The translations under genes were made by a program, and so were the position numbers. The notes under the pieces are model-generated. The model was not told where the DNA came from. It did not search any database and saw only the letters and a program-made list of their open reading frames with translations. Positions 1-12,977 of a DNA stretch of 64,000 nucleotides are shown piece by piece; within the stretch, counting starts at the first letter, position 1; each line of letters begins with the position of its first letter. The DNA comes from Gracilinanus agilis. Taxonomy: Eukaryota. The stretch covers positions 193,542,034 through 193,606,033 of the forward strand of contig NC_058132.1 of NCBI RefSeq assembly GCF_016433145.1, given 5' to 3'.

Positions 1-122
1 CTACAAAGAAAAGCAAAAACACGAGCAGTTCACACAAAAGCCCTAAGCAGCTCACATTCTAATGAGGGAAGATAATAATGGGAGAAATAACTAGATACAA
101 ACAAAATATAAACAGTGTAGAT

Positions 123-315
123 CAGTGATTCCCAAAGTGGGTGCCACTGCCCCCTGGTGGGTGCTGCAGCAATCCAGAGAAGTGGTGATGGCCACAGGTG
201 CATTTATCTTTCCTATTACTTGCTATTAAAATTTTAAAAAATTTAATTTCCAGGGGTTTAAGTAATATTTTTTCTGGAAAGGGGGCAGTAGGCCAAAAAA
301 GTTTGGGAACCACTG
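123..315. mobile_element. hAT-type non-autonomous DNA transposon (MITE)
   Basis: TIRs CAGTGATTCCCAAA / TTTGGGAACCACTG; 8-bp TSD GTGTAGAT/GTGTAGCT (7/8); homologous to 22707-23016. Confidence 0.85.
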
Positions 316-2102
316 GTGTAGCTGGAAGAGTAAACAACAGCAAGTAGGAAATCTAAGAAAAGTCTCCAGAAGAAGGCCAGACTTGAGCTGAGTCTTTAAT
401 GAAGTCAGGGAAAGTAAGACACAAGTGAGGGGGCAGAATATTCCAGGTCAGCTAAAGAGGGAAAATGGAGATGGGCAACTGAACTGCCATGCTCCCAGAT
501 CTGGAACCTGTGGAATTCAATCCTGGAGTACATGAAGGAAAATCAAGTGAAGGAAGAATGGAAAAATAGAAGAGCTAGGGAATAGAGCTCTCAGTGATAA
601 ATAGAGGACTTTACATTTGATCCTGAAGACAATAGGGAATAACTGGAGCTCACTGAGCATGCCTATACTCTAGAAAACTCATCTTGACAGCTGAGTGCAG
701 GTTGGACTGGAGTGACAAAAGACCTGAGGCAGTTAGAAGGCTACTGCAGTAGTCCAGATTGATAGGTGAGAAAGTCCTGAACTAAGGCTGTAGCTGCATG
801 AGTGTAGAGGAGGTACACAACAGATGCTGTGAAGGAAGAAAAGGCAAGATTTAGCAACAGATTGGATATGTGGGGTGAGTGTGAATGAGAAGTCAAGGAT
901 AACACAATAGAAGTAAAAAATAGCTGACAGTGAAATTTCTTGAAGTAGCAAGATATAGAAATAGAGATGCTGACAGAAAAGAAAGGTCCATGAGAGCTGA
1001 TAGAAAAATTCTCTAATAGAGAATTATATGCTAATAGAAAAGAAAGGGTTGAGGCAGCTAGGTAGCACAGCAGATAGCCCACCAGGCTTGGGGGCTGGAG
1101 GACCTGGGTTCAAATTTAGCCTCACGTTTCCTTAATGTATGACTGTGCAAGTCACTTAACCTAACCTTTGCCTAGCTCTTCTTTTATATCTGTATTCTGA
1201 TTCTAAGGCAGTAGGTATGGGTTTAAAAAACAAACAAAAGAAAGAAAGGGCCTTGATAGGCTGATAAAAAAGTTCTCTGAGAGAGAACTGAGGTGCCGAT
1301 ATTAAGAAAGGGCCATCTCAAATTTCTACACTTTGTTGAAGGTCTACTATGCCTTCAACACTCTGGAAACCTGGCAAGACCTTGAACCTAACAATGCAAT
1401 GCTAGCTCTGAAACCAAGGCCAGATAATCCCAACAACCAACTAACCATTTCCTCCCTCAAGTTTTTTGCTCTGGGAACCAGCTCTTTAAGTGGGGATAGA
1501 ATTAATCTCTTCAATAAATGCAGATCTACTGCAGATTTGGGAAATGTGCCGCCCATGCAGAACATACAAGCCTCCAAGCTTCTTCCGATTCTAAGTCCTG
1601 GCATCTCCTTCACTGACTGACAAACTGCTGATGTCCTGGATTTGGGAGCTGCTGGAGCCCCCTGGGGCATGGGGATGCACGAAAAAAACGGTGAGATGCC
1701 CTGGTGCCATTTGAAGGCTCCGCTACTGACCACCTGGGTGGTCGTGGACACATCACTCTATGGACCTCAGTTTCCTGGTCTGTAAAAAGAGGGGGCTTGA
1801 ACCAACTGGGCGATCCCTAGTCCCTAAAGGTCAGGGCCACCCTGGGTAGAGCTCAAGCTTGCATTCTACCCAAAGGGGGTCAGATATCCCTCCCTACCTT
1901 CCCCTGCCCGGCAGGGGGTCACCCGGACCCCAGAGCAAGGGAGGAGGGAGAGAGAAGAGGAAGTAATGGGAAACTTGGGGGGAGGGGGGCGGGCCCAGGA
2001 AAGGAGGGGGTGCTCCGAAGACGGGACTGGGAGGCTGGGGCCGGGCGCGGAGTCGGGGAGAGAGGCCGCCCAGGCACGCCCCCGCTGCCTTCCCGCCCAT
2101 AC

Positions 2103-2230
2103 TCAGCTCCCTGATCCGAGGCAATCGTTGCTTCTCGACCCAGAAGTTCCTCCCGCAATTTGGCTGTGTCTCCGCCGCTGCCACCGCCGCTGCTTCCCTT
2201 CAGCCGCTGCCGGACCCCGCGAGCCGCCAT
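2103..2230 (-). CDS. ALG9: ALG9 alpha-1,2-mannosyltransferase, coding exon 1 (downstream exons not found in window)
   Basis: MAARGVRQRLKGSSGGGSGGDTAKLREELLG resembles human MASRGARQRLKGS..KLRELLG; CpG-rich; donor GA|GTATGG, phase 2; synteny with FDXACB1. Confidence 0.9.
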
Positions 2231-4666
2231 AGCAAGTACGGGCAAGAGAAGAGGCTGTGCCCAATGAAATCCCCGCTCTTGATACCATAACTCGTCTGGT
2301 AGAACGGTGGCCTCGGAGGTACAAAATACGTCAAATGAACAGAAGCGGTGGAGTTCCAGGAATTCTTGGTCATTTGAGGATAGTTTTTCCGTGGGGAGAA
2401 AGAAATGGATCCCAGACTTATGCCTCTCCCATAATTGCTAATCTGTGCCTCAAAGTTTCTTCCCTTTTCCATTCGTTCTGTTTCTCCACTGCCTAACATT
2501 GCCCCCTTTAAACACACCTCCAACGGACTCCCTTAAGTCTTAAGACAGGTCTGATTCACAGGACAAAGTGATACTTCGCTCACAGAGCCATGGACTGGAG
2601 CTGCACCTTCCATTTACTTGTTTGGCTCTTCACTCCAGTATATTTGGGGGCACAAAGTATCCTCTACATATTGATAGTAAAATGCACAAGAGAGTTGCTG
2701 GTGACCCCGCCCCCACCCCCAAGAGAACCAGCAAAGTATGCCTTAGTTTGAAGTCAGAATGTCAAATCGATCTGAAAAAAGGAATGTGTCTTTATATAAG
2801 TATTTTGGCAGGATCCAGTTCTCAAGAGGATCTCTTGGCTATCAGCTAAAACAGTTACTAATCTCTCTTTTTATATGTGCAAAAATAGCCATTTCACCTA
2901 CTTTCACTATCTTGTGGATTTCAGTGTTTTGTTATTGTTTTTGTTTCTGTTTTTAAGACAACTTTGCAGTGGCTTCTAAAGATGGTAAGTACATGGGCAA
3001 AGAAAAATGTCAGAACTTCCCAACCAATGAGGATGGATAGTGTGGTCAGGAGGCCTGTCAAAGAAATGTCTTCACCTCTAACTCCCTACACACAATCATC
3101 TGTTGCCAAGGCCTATTGACTTTCTTTCTCTAGCATTTGCCCTCAGAACCATCTAACCTGTGGGAAGACAAGAGGTCACAAAAAGTTAACCCACTTCTTG
3201 AGTAGAGTAGTAGAAGGAAGCCAGGGAAGCAGGTTTTTTTTATTATTTTATAGTTATTATTTTTATTATTTAACAATAAATTATTATTATTATTTTCTTA
3301 TTATATAGTCTTTTTCTTATTATTATAAACAATGCTTATTATAAACAATGCAATGAGATGCCCAAGTATCTCAGAAAATTATGTTTTTCTCTCATTTAAT
3401 GTAAACTAAAACCAACTCTCTTATTTGTGTCTCAACAACCTGTTAAGTTTTTCTTTTATTCATCTGCAACTTCATTTTGCCTCCTGACTTTTGAGTGTCA
3501 CTACTAGTATGATTAGTGTCTTCCAAAAAAATTTACTTATTCTGTATACATTTTATACATGCTTATATATGTACATGCTGCTTCCCCCAAAGACTATAAG
3601 CTCCTTATATTCTGCCATATAAGCAGAGGACATATCTTTTTCACCTTATATCCCTGTGCCTCGCACAGTACCTGGCACATAAAAGGCACTTAATAAATAC
3701 ATGATTGATTGAATGAAAATGTATTAAGTACTTACTATATGCTAAGCAGAAGAGATACAAATAAAAAAGGAAGACAGTCCCTACAATAATAGAACTCATT
3801 CTAAGATGAGAGACAACACATATAGGCCTCAGCTACAACTGAGATAGTTTAATAGTGGTAAAACAGAGGGTGTAAAGATGCAGGATGAGACCTTCAGATG
3901 AGGTCACTGTGTTGATTTGTCTTGTTTGACTGTATTTGTTACAAGGGAGGGAAAGTTAGTGTTAGAAATGCAAAAGAAAAGAACATCAATAAAACATTTT
4001 TTTAATGCACAGAACAAAAAAGTACAGAAAGGGACAGAGAGCAATTTTGTTATCAGAGCATAAGTATATATTTTTAAACCCTTAACTTCTGTCTTGGAGT
4101 CAATACTGTGTATTGGCTCCAAGGCAGAAGACTGGTAAGGGTAGGCAATGGGGGTCAAGTGACTTGCCCAGGGATATACAGCTAAGAAGTGTCTGAGGTC
4201 AGATTTGAACCCAAGACCTCCCATCTATAGGCCTGGCTCTCAATCCACTGAAACATCCAGCTGCCCCCCATAGTATATATATTTTTAAATATATGCATAT
4301 ATATACATATATATGTATATATATGCATAATGAGGGGCAGCTAGGTGGCCCAGTGGATAGAGTGTCAGGCCTAGAGACTGGAGGTCTTGGGTTCAAATGT
4401 GGTTTCAGATACTTCTTTGCTGTGTGTCCCTGGGTAAGTCACTTAACCCCCATTGCCTAGGCCTTATCACTCTTCTGCCTTGGAAATGATACTTAGTATC
4501 CATTCTAAGATGGAAGGTAAGGGTTTAAAAAACACACACATATTTATTGAATACCTATTATGTTCTCAGTCCAGTGATATTCACTGAGGATACAATGACC
4601 AAAAAAATAGTCCTTGACCTAAAAGAGCTAAAATTCTATGCAAACACACATCTACATATGCACACA

Positions 4667-5348
4667 TATAGAGATCCTGCTCTATAACCAGAGACTTATC
4701 TGAGTGGCCGAGGGTGGTCGTCAGATGTAAAGAACGAAACAGATTGGAAGCACGACTTGTTAGCTCAAAGTGCTCTGAGGTACAATGGAGTCACCAGTTT
4801 ATTATATAGAAAGTTAAAGATCCCCTTCCCCCAAAAGCCCAAGAAAGTTTCCCACAGTTACAGAGAGCAGTATTTTTACTATAGTCAAAACAAAAGCCTT
4901 AGAAGCCTCCAGGTATAGATAAAAACCTATGCTAAACTATCAACTATATGTATTATCATTAGGTGAAGCCTGGGACATTTCGTTAGGCCGGAAAGCCCCT
5001 GAAGTTCTCAGCCTTGATGGTATTAAACAATTTTTTTGAGCCTCATTATTTTACTTTAATTCTGGGCAAAATGCCCTGCCAGGGTCGACCTTGGCTGTAC
5101 TAAGCCCCTGCATTCTCTGTCAAAGGGGAACAGTGTTAGCCCCCCCTCCTGCTGGATTACTGAGAGCCCAAAGCTTTTTCAATAATGCATTTTGAAGAAA
5201 AGTGAGAATTATGAAAGGAATCAAAAGAGGAATCTCAGATTTTTATCTTAGATATCCCATTCCAGTTCTCGACCCTGATAGGGAGAAAAGGTCAATACAC
5301 GGGGTCCAGATAAAAATATATACCTGAGATTCTAATTTCTCTTAATTG

Positions 5349-5353
<5 letters not shown>
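4667..5353. mobile_element. probable solo LTR
   Basis: ends TATAGAG (degenerate TGTAG)...GCTACA; CACA on both sides; minus-strand AATAAA near 4798. Confidence 0.55.

Positions 5354-5431
<78 letters not shown>
5351..5431. repeat. (CA)n microsatellite, ~40 units, one interruption
   Basis: direct reading. Confidence 0.98.
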
Positions 5432-5434
<3 letters not shown>

Positions 5435-5815
5435 CAGAAGGCAGAGAAGAACACAAAAAAGAATACCTCCTGTAGGAGCGAACACCTAAACCGTGCTTTG
5501 AAGTAAGCTAGGGATTCTACAAGGCAAAGGGAAAGATACTGATTCCAGGAATGAGGGACAACTTGTGCAAAAACATAGAGAAAGGAAAATAAATGTTTTG
5601 AATGAGTAATATTAATCAGCCATTTTGGCTAGAACCATGCAGTTCGTGAGAGGGAATAATGGGAAATCAGTCGAGAAAGAAAATTGGTCAGATTATGAAA
5701 AGCTTTAAAAGTCAAACAAAGCAGTTCATATTTTATCCTGGATGTAATAAAGAACTACTGAAGTTTCTTAAGCAAATAAATATCAATCAAACCTGTTCTT
5801 TAAAAATATCGATTT

Positions 5816-6007
5816 AGGGGGGCAGCTGGGTAGCTCAGTGGATTGTCAGGCCTAGAGACAGGAGGTCCTAGGTTCAAATCTGACCTCAGACACTTCCCAG
5901 CTGTGTGACCCTGGGCAAGTCACTTGACCCACATTGCCCACCCTTACCACTCTTCCACCTAGGATCCAATACACAGAAGTTAAGGGTTTAAAAAATTAAA
6001 AATTAAA
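5816..6007 (+). mobile_element. marsupial tRNA-derived SINE (SINE1_Mdo-like)
   Basis: GGGGCAGCTGGGTAGCTCAGTGG head, GGTTCAAATC B-box, A-rich tail, TSD AAAAATAT(C/T)GATTT. Further copies near 1055-1230, 4075-4270, 4335-4535, 8513-8700, 9995-10190, 23570-23760, 25537-25706, 28055-28220, 29698-29895, 32355-32555, 52975-53155, 55815-55948, 59960-60160. Confidence 0.9.
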
Positions 6008-7281
6008 AAAAATATTGATTTGGTAGCTAGTTGGGTGATAAATTAGAGCAGGAATAGACTAAAGGGCAGGCAAACCAGTAAAGAAACTGATTTCACTTTC
6101 AGGGAAGAGGCATGATAAACTAGGATGACATCTACTACTTTTGTCCTCCATGCTGTGCTTAGTAGAGGGTTTTATGTGAAGGGAGAGAAAGGTATAGATG
6201 CTAGAGATGTCATGGAGGTAGAAGAGACAGAATATGGCAACTGATAGCCTTTTTTTTTGGTCTCTCCAGCTCTTATATGATACCTGATACATAGCACATA
6301 TTTAATAAATGCTTGTTGATTTGACTTGTGGATGAGAAAGATTGAACAATTAGGATGACCCAAAAGCTGTAAACTAGGAAAATTGGAAGGTAGTGGCTTT
6401 GACAAAAATGTGAATTTTTGTTATGCCCAGCAAACTGGTGAAGATGACAAAAGATGAGAACAGTCAATGTTGGATGAGTTGCAGGAAGATAAGCATACTA
6501 ACTAATTCACTGTTGGTGAATCAGTTTCCTCAGACACTTTCTAGCTGTATGACCCTGAGCAAGTCACTTAACCACTTAACCACCATTGTCTAGCCCTTAC
6601 TGCTCTTCTGCCTTGGAATCAATACACAGTACTGATTCTAAGACAGAAGGTGAGGGTTTAAAAAAAAACATTTTGGAAAGTATTTTGGAATTATGCAAAT
6701 AAAGTGACTAAAATGTCCATATCCTACTACTGAGCTTATATACCCTAAGGAGGTCACTGATAGGAATGGCTAAATGAATTATGTTACATGAGTATAATGG
6801 AATAGAACTATACAGAAAAAAAAGACAAATATGATGAATACAGAGAAGCATGGAAAGATACAATTTGATAATAGCATGAAATAAGCAGAGCCAAGAAAAA
6901 AAATACACGACTACAACAATGTGAATAGAAAGAGTGATCAGCAATATAAAAAAGCACAGAAAAGTCAAGAAGAATGATGTCTGGAAAAGAACATTGCATT
7001 TAGGAGCTACAAGATTGTTAGTAATCTTGGAGACAGTAGTTTCAATTAAGTGTCTTATGCCAGGTTCTGAGTTCTAACTGGGCAACTGTTAGCTTGCACC
7101 CATGAAAAACATAGCTGCAAGATTTTACATGCTACAATAGTAGAGACAAATCAGAATGCAGAAGGCTGAGATGTGAGTGGCTCAGCAAAATAATGAGGCA
7201 CAGTCTTTAAAGTAGAAAGAACAGGTATTGTTCTTTTTAATCATGCCAATGCTTGAAGAAAAATGACATAATTCCACAAGG

Positions 7282-8467
7282 CTATCTTACTGTCACATGT
7301 AGACATTGCTGTATCTCAGTCCTGAACTTGTTTTGAATCATTATTGCCTGCTGGTGACTTAGAGCTCTGTCACAAGTCTGGTAAGTCAGTCTATAGCAAA
7401 GGCTTATCTGCCCAGTTTGTGGGTGCTGGAAGCGATTAAGGAGCCGTATGGATGTGATCATATCCTGAGATACAGCTCGAGCCACAGTATGAAATTCCAC
7501 TTCATCAAATCTTCTTTCCTCATCTAGCCAAAAGCTAACATCATGAACATAAGATGGAGGATAGAGGGAAAAAGTCTTAAAGGGTTCTACTTTCCCAGGG
7601 ACAAAATGATCCAGAAAACGTTGGTCAAAGGTCCACAAAATTCTCCAGTCAGGGATCCCCCAAACCAGCATGACTAAAAGGTCCAAGTTCACAGATGCAA
7701 ATACAAAATCCAGGTCTTTGTATAGCTGGCTTGTAGCAGATGTTATGACAGATCCAATAACCAAACCCACAATTTCATCTGGACCAAAATTGCGAGGCTT
7801 CACGCAAATCACATAATCTTTTTTGTTTTTCTGAGGCTTAAATGTCAAAGAGCTGCTCAGTTCAGGGCCATCTGGCAATCTCTGAGTCAGAAGGTCATGT
7901 AAAGAGCATTTCAGGTTTTCCAGGAATAAGTGAAGACAAGAATCCCTTGCTTTTTTATTAAACCCATAAACAAATAAAGTCTCATGAAATGCTGGCAGCA
8001 TGAAAGGTGAAACAAGACATTTCCTAAAAACAGGACCACTGAGGATATGCAGAGACCCTGGGAGGAAGTCGAGTCCTTCGATGACATCTTGTGCATAAAC
8101 TAAGAGGGAAGGTCTGAGAGAAAACTTTGTTGGGCTTTCAATTCTCGTCTGGCTCTCTTGTTCCCTGTTCCACTCTAGATGTTTCTGAAGATGAAGCCTT
8201 GAAAATGACACCAGAAACTCCTCCATATCACATTTCATTTCACCAGCAGACAAGTCAGAATGCAGAATTTTCTCTTTTTGGGGAATGATCCAAAATGGAG
8301 CTGATAAAGAGTCAGAGCTCCAGGCAAAGTGATTACAATAGCTTTTCTCTGGAAGCAGAAGAGTGGGGCATTTCAGCCTTCGAAGTGAAAACATTTTACC
8401 CAGCTCAGCAATCAGTTTTTCATTTATGATCCTGACAGGATGGCTTGAATTGGTTTCAAGGAAACTC
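7282..8467 (-). CDS. FDXACB1: FDXACB1 exon 5 (last; C-terminal FDX-ACB domain)
   Basis: 398-codon ORF ending YPPSYVHDVSFW...SLCYRLTYQTCDRALS...HVTVR*; acceptor AAACAG|G, phase 2; five exons total 1878 nt = 625 aa + stop. Confidence 0.95.
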
Positions 8468-9140
8468 CTGTTTGACACAAAAGGGAAATAATTTTCTAAC
8501 TTTCAAAATATGAGGGCAGCTAGGTAGCCCAGTGGATTGAGAGTCAGGCCTAGAGACGTCCTAGGTTCAAATCTGACCTCAGACACTTCCTAGCTGTGTG
8601 ACCCTGGGCAAGTCACTTGACCCCCATTTGCCCACCCTTACCACTCTTCCACCAAGGAGCCAATACACAGAAGTTAAGGGTGTAAAAAAAAACTACTAAA
8701 AAAAAACCCACTCTTGTTTTGGTGAAATTAAAAAGAAGAATAACAAATAGCAAGAGGAGTTAACCATAAGCTTAAGAAGTAGGCTTAATTTAAGAAATAA
8801 AAGAAATTCCACTGAGAGAACAGCATAAAGTCAGGAAGGCCTGGTTCAAAATCTATGTGACCTTGGGCTAATCAATGAGCCATTCAGTGCTCTGGACAAT
8901 TCTCTAATGCTTTTATGTTGCAGAGAAGAGGAGTTCTCTGCACCAATGAAATCACAGGTCTAGCTCTTATCTTTCAATATGAATAAAAATGTCCACTGAC
9001 TTCAGAATCTCAACTACTACCTTATGTGTGACACTAAAAAATGTGGCAATTGTAATTACTTAGAATCTAGGGAATTCCAGATTGATAGCTTTATAGGGAT
9101 CATTATTATCATTAACCATTTAACATCTGTAGGATATAGA

Positions 9141-9584
9141 AGGAATAATAAACTGGAGGAATTCCACGTGAACTGGAAAGACCTCCAGGAATTGATGCAG
9201 AGTGAAAGGAGCAGAGCCAGAAGAACATTGTACACAGAGACCAATACGCTGTGGTAAAAGAGAATGTAATGGACATCTGTACTAGCAGCAATGCAATGAC
9301 ACAAGACAATTCTGAGGGATTTGTGGAAAGGAACACTATCCACATTCAGAGGAAGAACTACAGGAGTAGAAACACAGAAGAAAAACAACTGCTTGGACAT
9401 TTGGGTTGATGAGGACATGATTGGGGATGTAGACCTGAAAAGACCACACCCATATAACTATCAATGGAAATGCGAATTAGCTAAGGGGGGGGGGGGGGTT
9501 TGAGGGGGTGAAGGGGAAAGTAAAAACATGACTTATGTAACCATGGAAAATTTTTCTAAAAATAAAAAATTATTAAAAAAAAAA
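9141..9584 (+). mobile_element. 5'-truncated L1 (ORF2 end, 3'UTR with G-tract, poly-A) in FDXACB1 intron 4
   Basis: NKLEEFHVNWKDLQELMQSERSR; 10-bp TSD AGGATATAGA (9131-9140, 9585-9594). Confidence 0.9.
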
Positions 9585-9659
9585 AGGATATAGAGCTTCC
9601 AGTAAGTCAATTAGTACATATTCTGAGATGGATAATATTTCCAGAAAATAAGAGATTAC

Positions 9660-9818
9660 CTGTTTATCTTTCCTACTAGTACTTCTGGTACAGGAAAGGA
9701 AAGCCAATGGTCATCCAGTCTGACTCTGCAGATCATGGGCTGAGATTCTTTAAAAGGTAAGCTCCGAGTAAAGATGTGATTCAAAGCACCTTCAACATGA
9801 AAAGATTTGTTCTGACTC
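9660..9818 (-). CDS. FDXACB1: FDXACB1 exon 4
   Basis: SQNKSFHVEGALNHIFTRSLPF; TTTGCCAG acceptor, AG|GTAATC donor; 159 nt, phase 2-2. Confidence 0.93.
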
Positions 9819-10224
9819 CTGGCAAAACAAGAGATCCTAAGTATGTATTGAATAATAGCAAGAGGGAATGAGCATTCCCAAGGGACTGATTCAAAAAATG
9901 TCAGAGAAAAATGTTATGGTTCAGTTTTTAAGCATAAGGGGAGAGGTGAGAGAAAAGCTTGTTTTTTTTTTTGTTGTTGTTGTTGTTTGTTTTTTTAAAC
10001 CCTTACCTTCTGTCTTGGAGTCAATACTATGTATTGGCTCCAAGGCAGAAGAGTGGTAAGGGTAGGCAATGGGGGTCAAGTGACTTGCCCAGGGTCACAC
10101 AGCTGGGAAGTGTCTGAGGCCAGATTTGAACCTAGGACCTCCCGTCTCTAGGCCTGGCTCTCAATCCACTGAGCTATCCAGCTGCCCCATGAAAAGCTTG
10201 GTTTTAACCACTGTAGTTTAATAC

Positions 10225-10428
10225 CTGTACCCAGTGCACTTGTATCCTGGCAAAGCCTCAGAGTTGAAAGGATGAACATTGCTCAAGATGAGTCCTCCTC
10301 TAGCTGCCATTGCTACTACTTGCCAACTATTGTGCCATTCTCTCCTGGGACAATCAGCAGGAGTTCCACCTTGTCCCCTGCACAGTGCCACATGGACCTC
10401 CCCTCTCTCTGCAAGGACATCAGCACAG
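10225..10428 (-). CDS. FDXACB1: FDXACB1 exon 3
   Basis: CADVLAERGEVHVALCRGQGGTPAD..WHNSWQVVAMAA; CCTATAG acceptor, AG|GTATTA donor; 204 nt. Confidence 0.93.
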
Positions 10429-11328
10429 CTATAGGAAAAGAAGAGTTATTCCTCAGTATCAATTAGAAATAACCATGTTTACCACCAATATAACCAGATT
10501 TTAAGACTGTCTTTTATGGACCAAACTTTTAAGAAATCTGACTTCAAATGCAGGAAAATGAGAATAAAATGAAATTACTTACAAATACTTACATAGTATT
10601 TTTTCAACCAGAAGCATTAAGGTTCATACTAGAAGGAAATGCTGTAAAATGTGACCAGAAGATTTCATTTTCCTAAGTATGTTTTAAATTCCCTAATAGT
10701 TAACATAAAACATATCACTTCATTGCTATACTGCACTATAGATCTTGATTACAGAAGTTCTTGTTCTTGTTCCAGGAATTTCTCCCTACATGACATATCC
10801 TCCCTCTAGACTCCAAATACCAAATTTAATGCTTCCCTCAAGGAATTCTCTTTCTGACACTAACTGTAGGACACTGGGCAAGTCACTTAACTTTTCTAAG
10901 TCTGTTTCCTCATCTATAAAATTAAAAGGTTGGAACAGATGATTCCCTATGGTCCCTACCAGCTATAAATCTATATTCTAATGCTCAATCTTACTCCTAC
11001 CTCTAACATGATACGTCACCTGGACAGCCTTTCCCATTTTCTTCTCTCCTCTGCCTGGTTTCCCATAGTTATTTTACTGCCTGTACCACAAATTTTATCA
11101 CTTCCTACACATCATAACCACTTTGAAAAGATATATATATAAACATCCACTGAAAATACAACACAACCATACTCAAATTTCATACAAGTCAGTTGTCGGG
11201 GCAGGTCCGAGGTTATATATTCTTTTGCTCTGCCTTCTCATTATTTCAGGTCTCAGCCATTCCTCTAGGACCACTGTCACATACTTTTAATGCACTAGAT
11301 GCTAGTAAAGGACTCAGCCCCATCTTAC

Positions 11329-11485
11329 CTCTGAAAAAATCTAGCAAGCAGCTCCCTGTTCTTAGCTACTCCAGCTTTCCTTCCGCAATGGGGGAAGTTG
11401 AAATAAATTCGATCAAACTTCCAGCCATCCACTGCAAAAGCATTTGCCAGCTGGGTGCAATCCACCCCAAATCGTACTTCAGCAC
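11329..11485 (-). CDS. FDXACB1: FDXACB1 exon 2
   Basis: GAEVRFGVDCTQL..FDRIYFNFPHCGRKAGVAKNRELL; CCCCAG acceptor, AG|GTAAGA donor; 157 nt. Confidence 0.95.
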
Positions 11486-11749
11486 CTGGGGAAGAAAGAG
11501 GAGTTATAAAGGAGTACAAAAAGCAAAGAGCATGGGGATCATATGCAGTTCAGCACAGGACTGAAAGCTATTCCTCCAGCAATTCAATTTGACAAATATT
11601 TATTAAGGACCTACTATATGCCCGAAGATGAGTCTTCCTGACTATAGGCCCAGCCTCAATCCACTGTGCCACCTAGCTGAAAGCTTGCCAATCCTTTTTC
11701 TGGGCTGCTCATCTATCTTTAATATCCACCTTTCACCCAACTTTCACAG

Positions 11750-12145
11750 GTAGCTCCAAGAAGTTGTACTCACAGCAGCCACACCCCAGTAACACTATAT
11801 CAGCAGACAGATTAGATGAGGTAGAGGGTAACTGAGGCTTCAAACCCATTAATAACTTAGGAGATATCTACCCCAAACATGTGAAGATGCCCCCCTTATA
11901 AGTCAGAATGGGCAGAGGAGAACAATTTGTTCCAACAGCCATGAAGTTGGCTCTGGAGAGGTTAGAGCTTGGTCAGATACTGAAGATCATCAACTACATC
12001 CACATTGCCAAATGTGTCCTGACTCTTGTCTTCCCACTGAACTTGGATGATTCTTGAAGAGAATGAGGTTGATGGCTGTGCCACTCTGTCTCACTTAAAT
12101 TCAATTCATGCACAAGTCAGAACATCACCCCATGATGTCACTGGT
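11750..12145. mobile_element. RTE-derived marsupial interspersed repeat (WALLSI/RTE-SINE-like)
   Basis: recalled motifs CTACCCCAAACATGTGAAGA and CACTTAAATTCAATTCATGCACAAGTC; boundaries approximate. Confidence 0.45.
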
Positions 12146-12620
12146 CCTCTTTGTGGAAAAAAGAAGGATGAATAACTATGTGTCATACAGTGTGCTAAGG
12201 AAGCTCTGTGTAGAAAAAAGGAGGCAAGATGCCCTCCATCTTCTGAGGAGACAACATGCAAACAAATATATGCAAAAACAAGCTATATGCAGGAATATGT
12301 GGGAAATCATTAAATGAGAGAAAGCACTGGACTTCAAAGGGTAAGGGAAGGTTTACCATAGAAGATGGAATTTTTTTGAGAATTAAAGGAAACAAGGGAT
12401 ATCTGTGGTCTGAGCAGAGGGGAAAGTTTCCAGGAATAGGAAAAAGAGAATGAAAGTGCATTCTCCCACCTCAACCCATATTGGGGGGAGGGGTGTTTAA
12501 AAAAAAAAAAAAAAAGAATCCCAAGCCTAAGAGGATGCCCAAAGGCGGGAAGGCCACATGACAGAAAGGGGAAGGGTTTCGGGAAGAGGCGGGGTTTCGA
12601 TGAGGGGCGGGGCCTCATAC

Positions 12621-12792
12621 CTCGCTCGCGTAGGCGCCGTAGGTTCTCCTGGAATACTGGATCCCCCGCCAGGGCCGTGGGTCCTTGGGGGCAGGAGGCT
12701 ATAAGACTAGTGCCGGGCTCTAGAACCTCGCACAGGGCAGCGGCGTAGGAGAAATTCCCTTCCCCAACCAGCAGGAGGCGGCGAGTGACCAT
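12621..12792 (-). CDS. FDXACB1: FDXACB1 exon 1 (DUF2431/Bmt5-like Rossmann start)
   Basis: MVTRRLLLVGEGNFSYAAAL; Kozak ACCATGG; donor G|GTATGA; 172 nt, phase 1. Confidence 0.95.
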
Positions 12793-12929
12793 GGTGCCTC
12801 AGCTCGCCGCCACTCGCCCAACCTGGAAAATCACACGTCATCTGTCACTTCCCCTTCCTGCCCCCAGGCCACCTCTCCTCCCCGGTCGCTGAATGATGAC
12901 GCGCCACAGCTCCGGTTGCCTTGACAACA

Positions 12930-12977
<48 letters not shown>

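Noticed and set aside
1333-1751. Overlapping 95-134 aa ORFs in ALG9 intron 1
   Set aside because: No recognisable homology. The expected ALG9 exon 2 peptide (WAPEGSTAF) is not present.
1894-2523. Several ORFs over the ALG9 CpG island
   Set aside because: GC-rich shadow frames. Only the MAARG frame has homology and a donor site.
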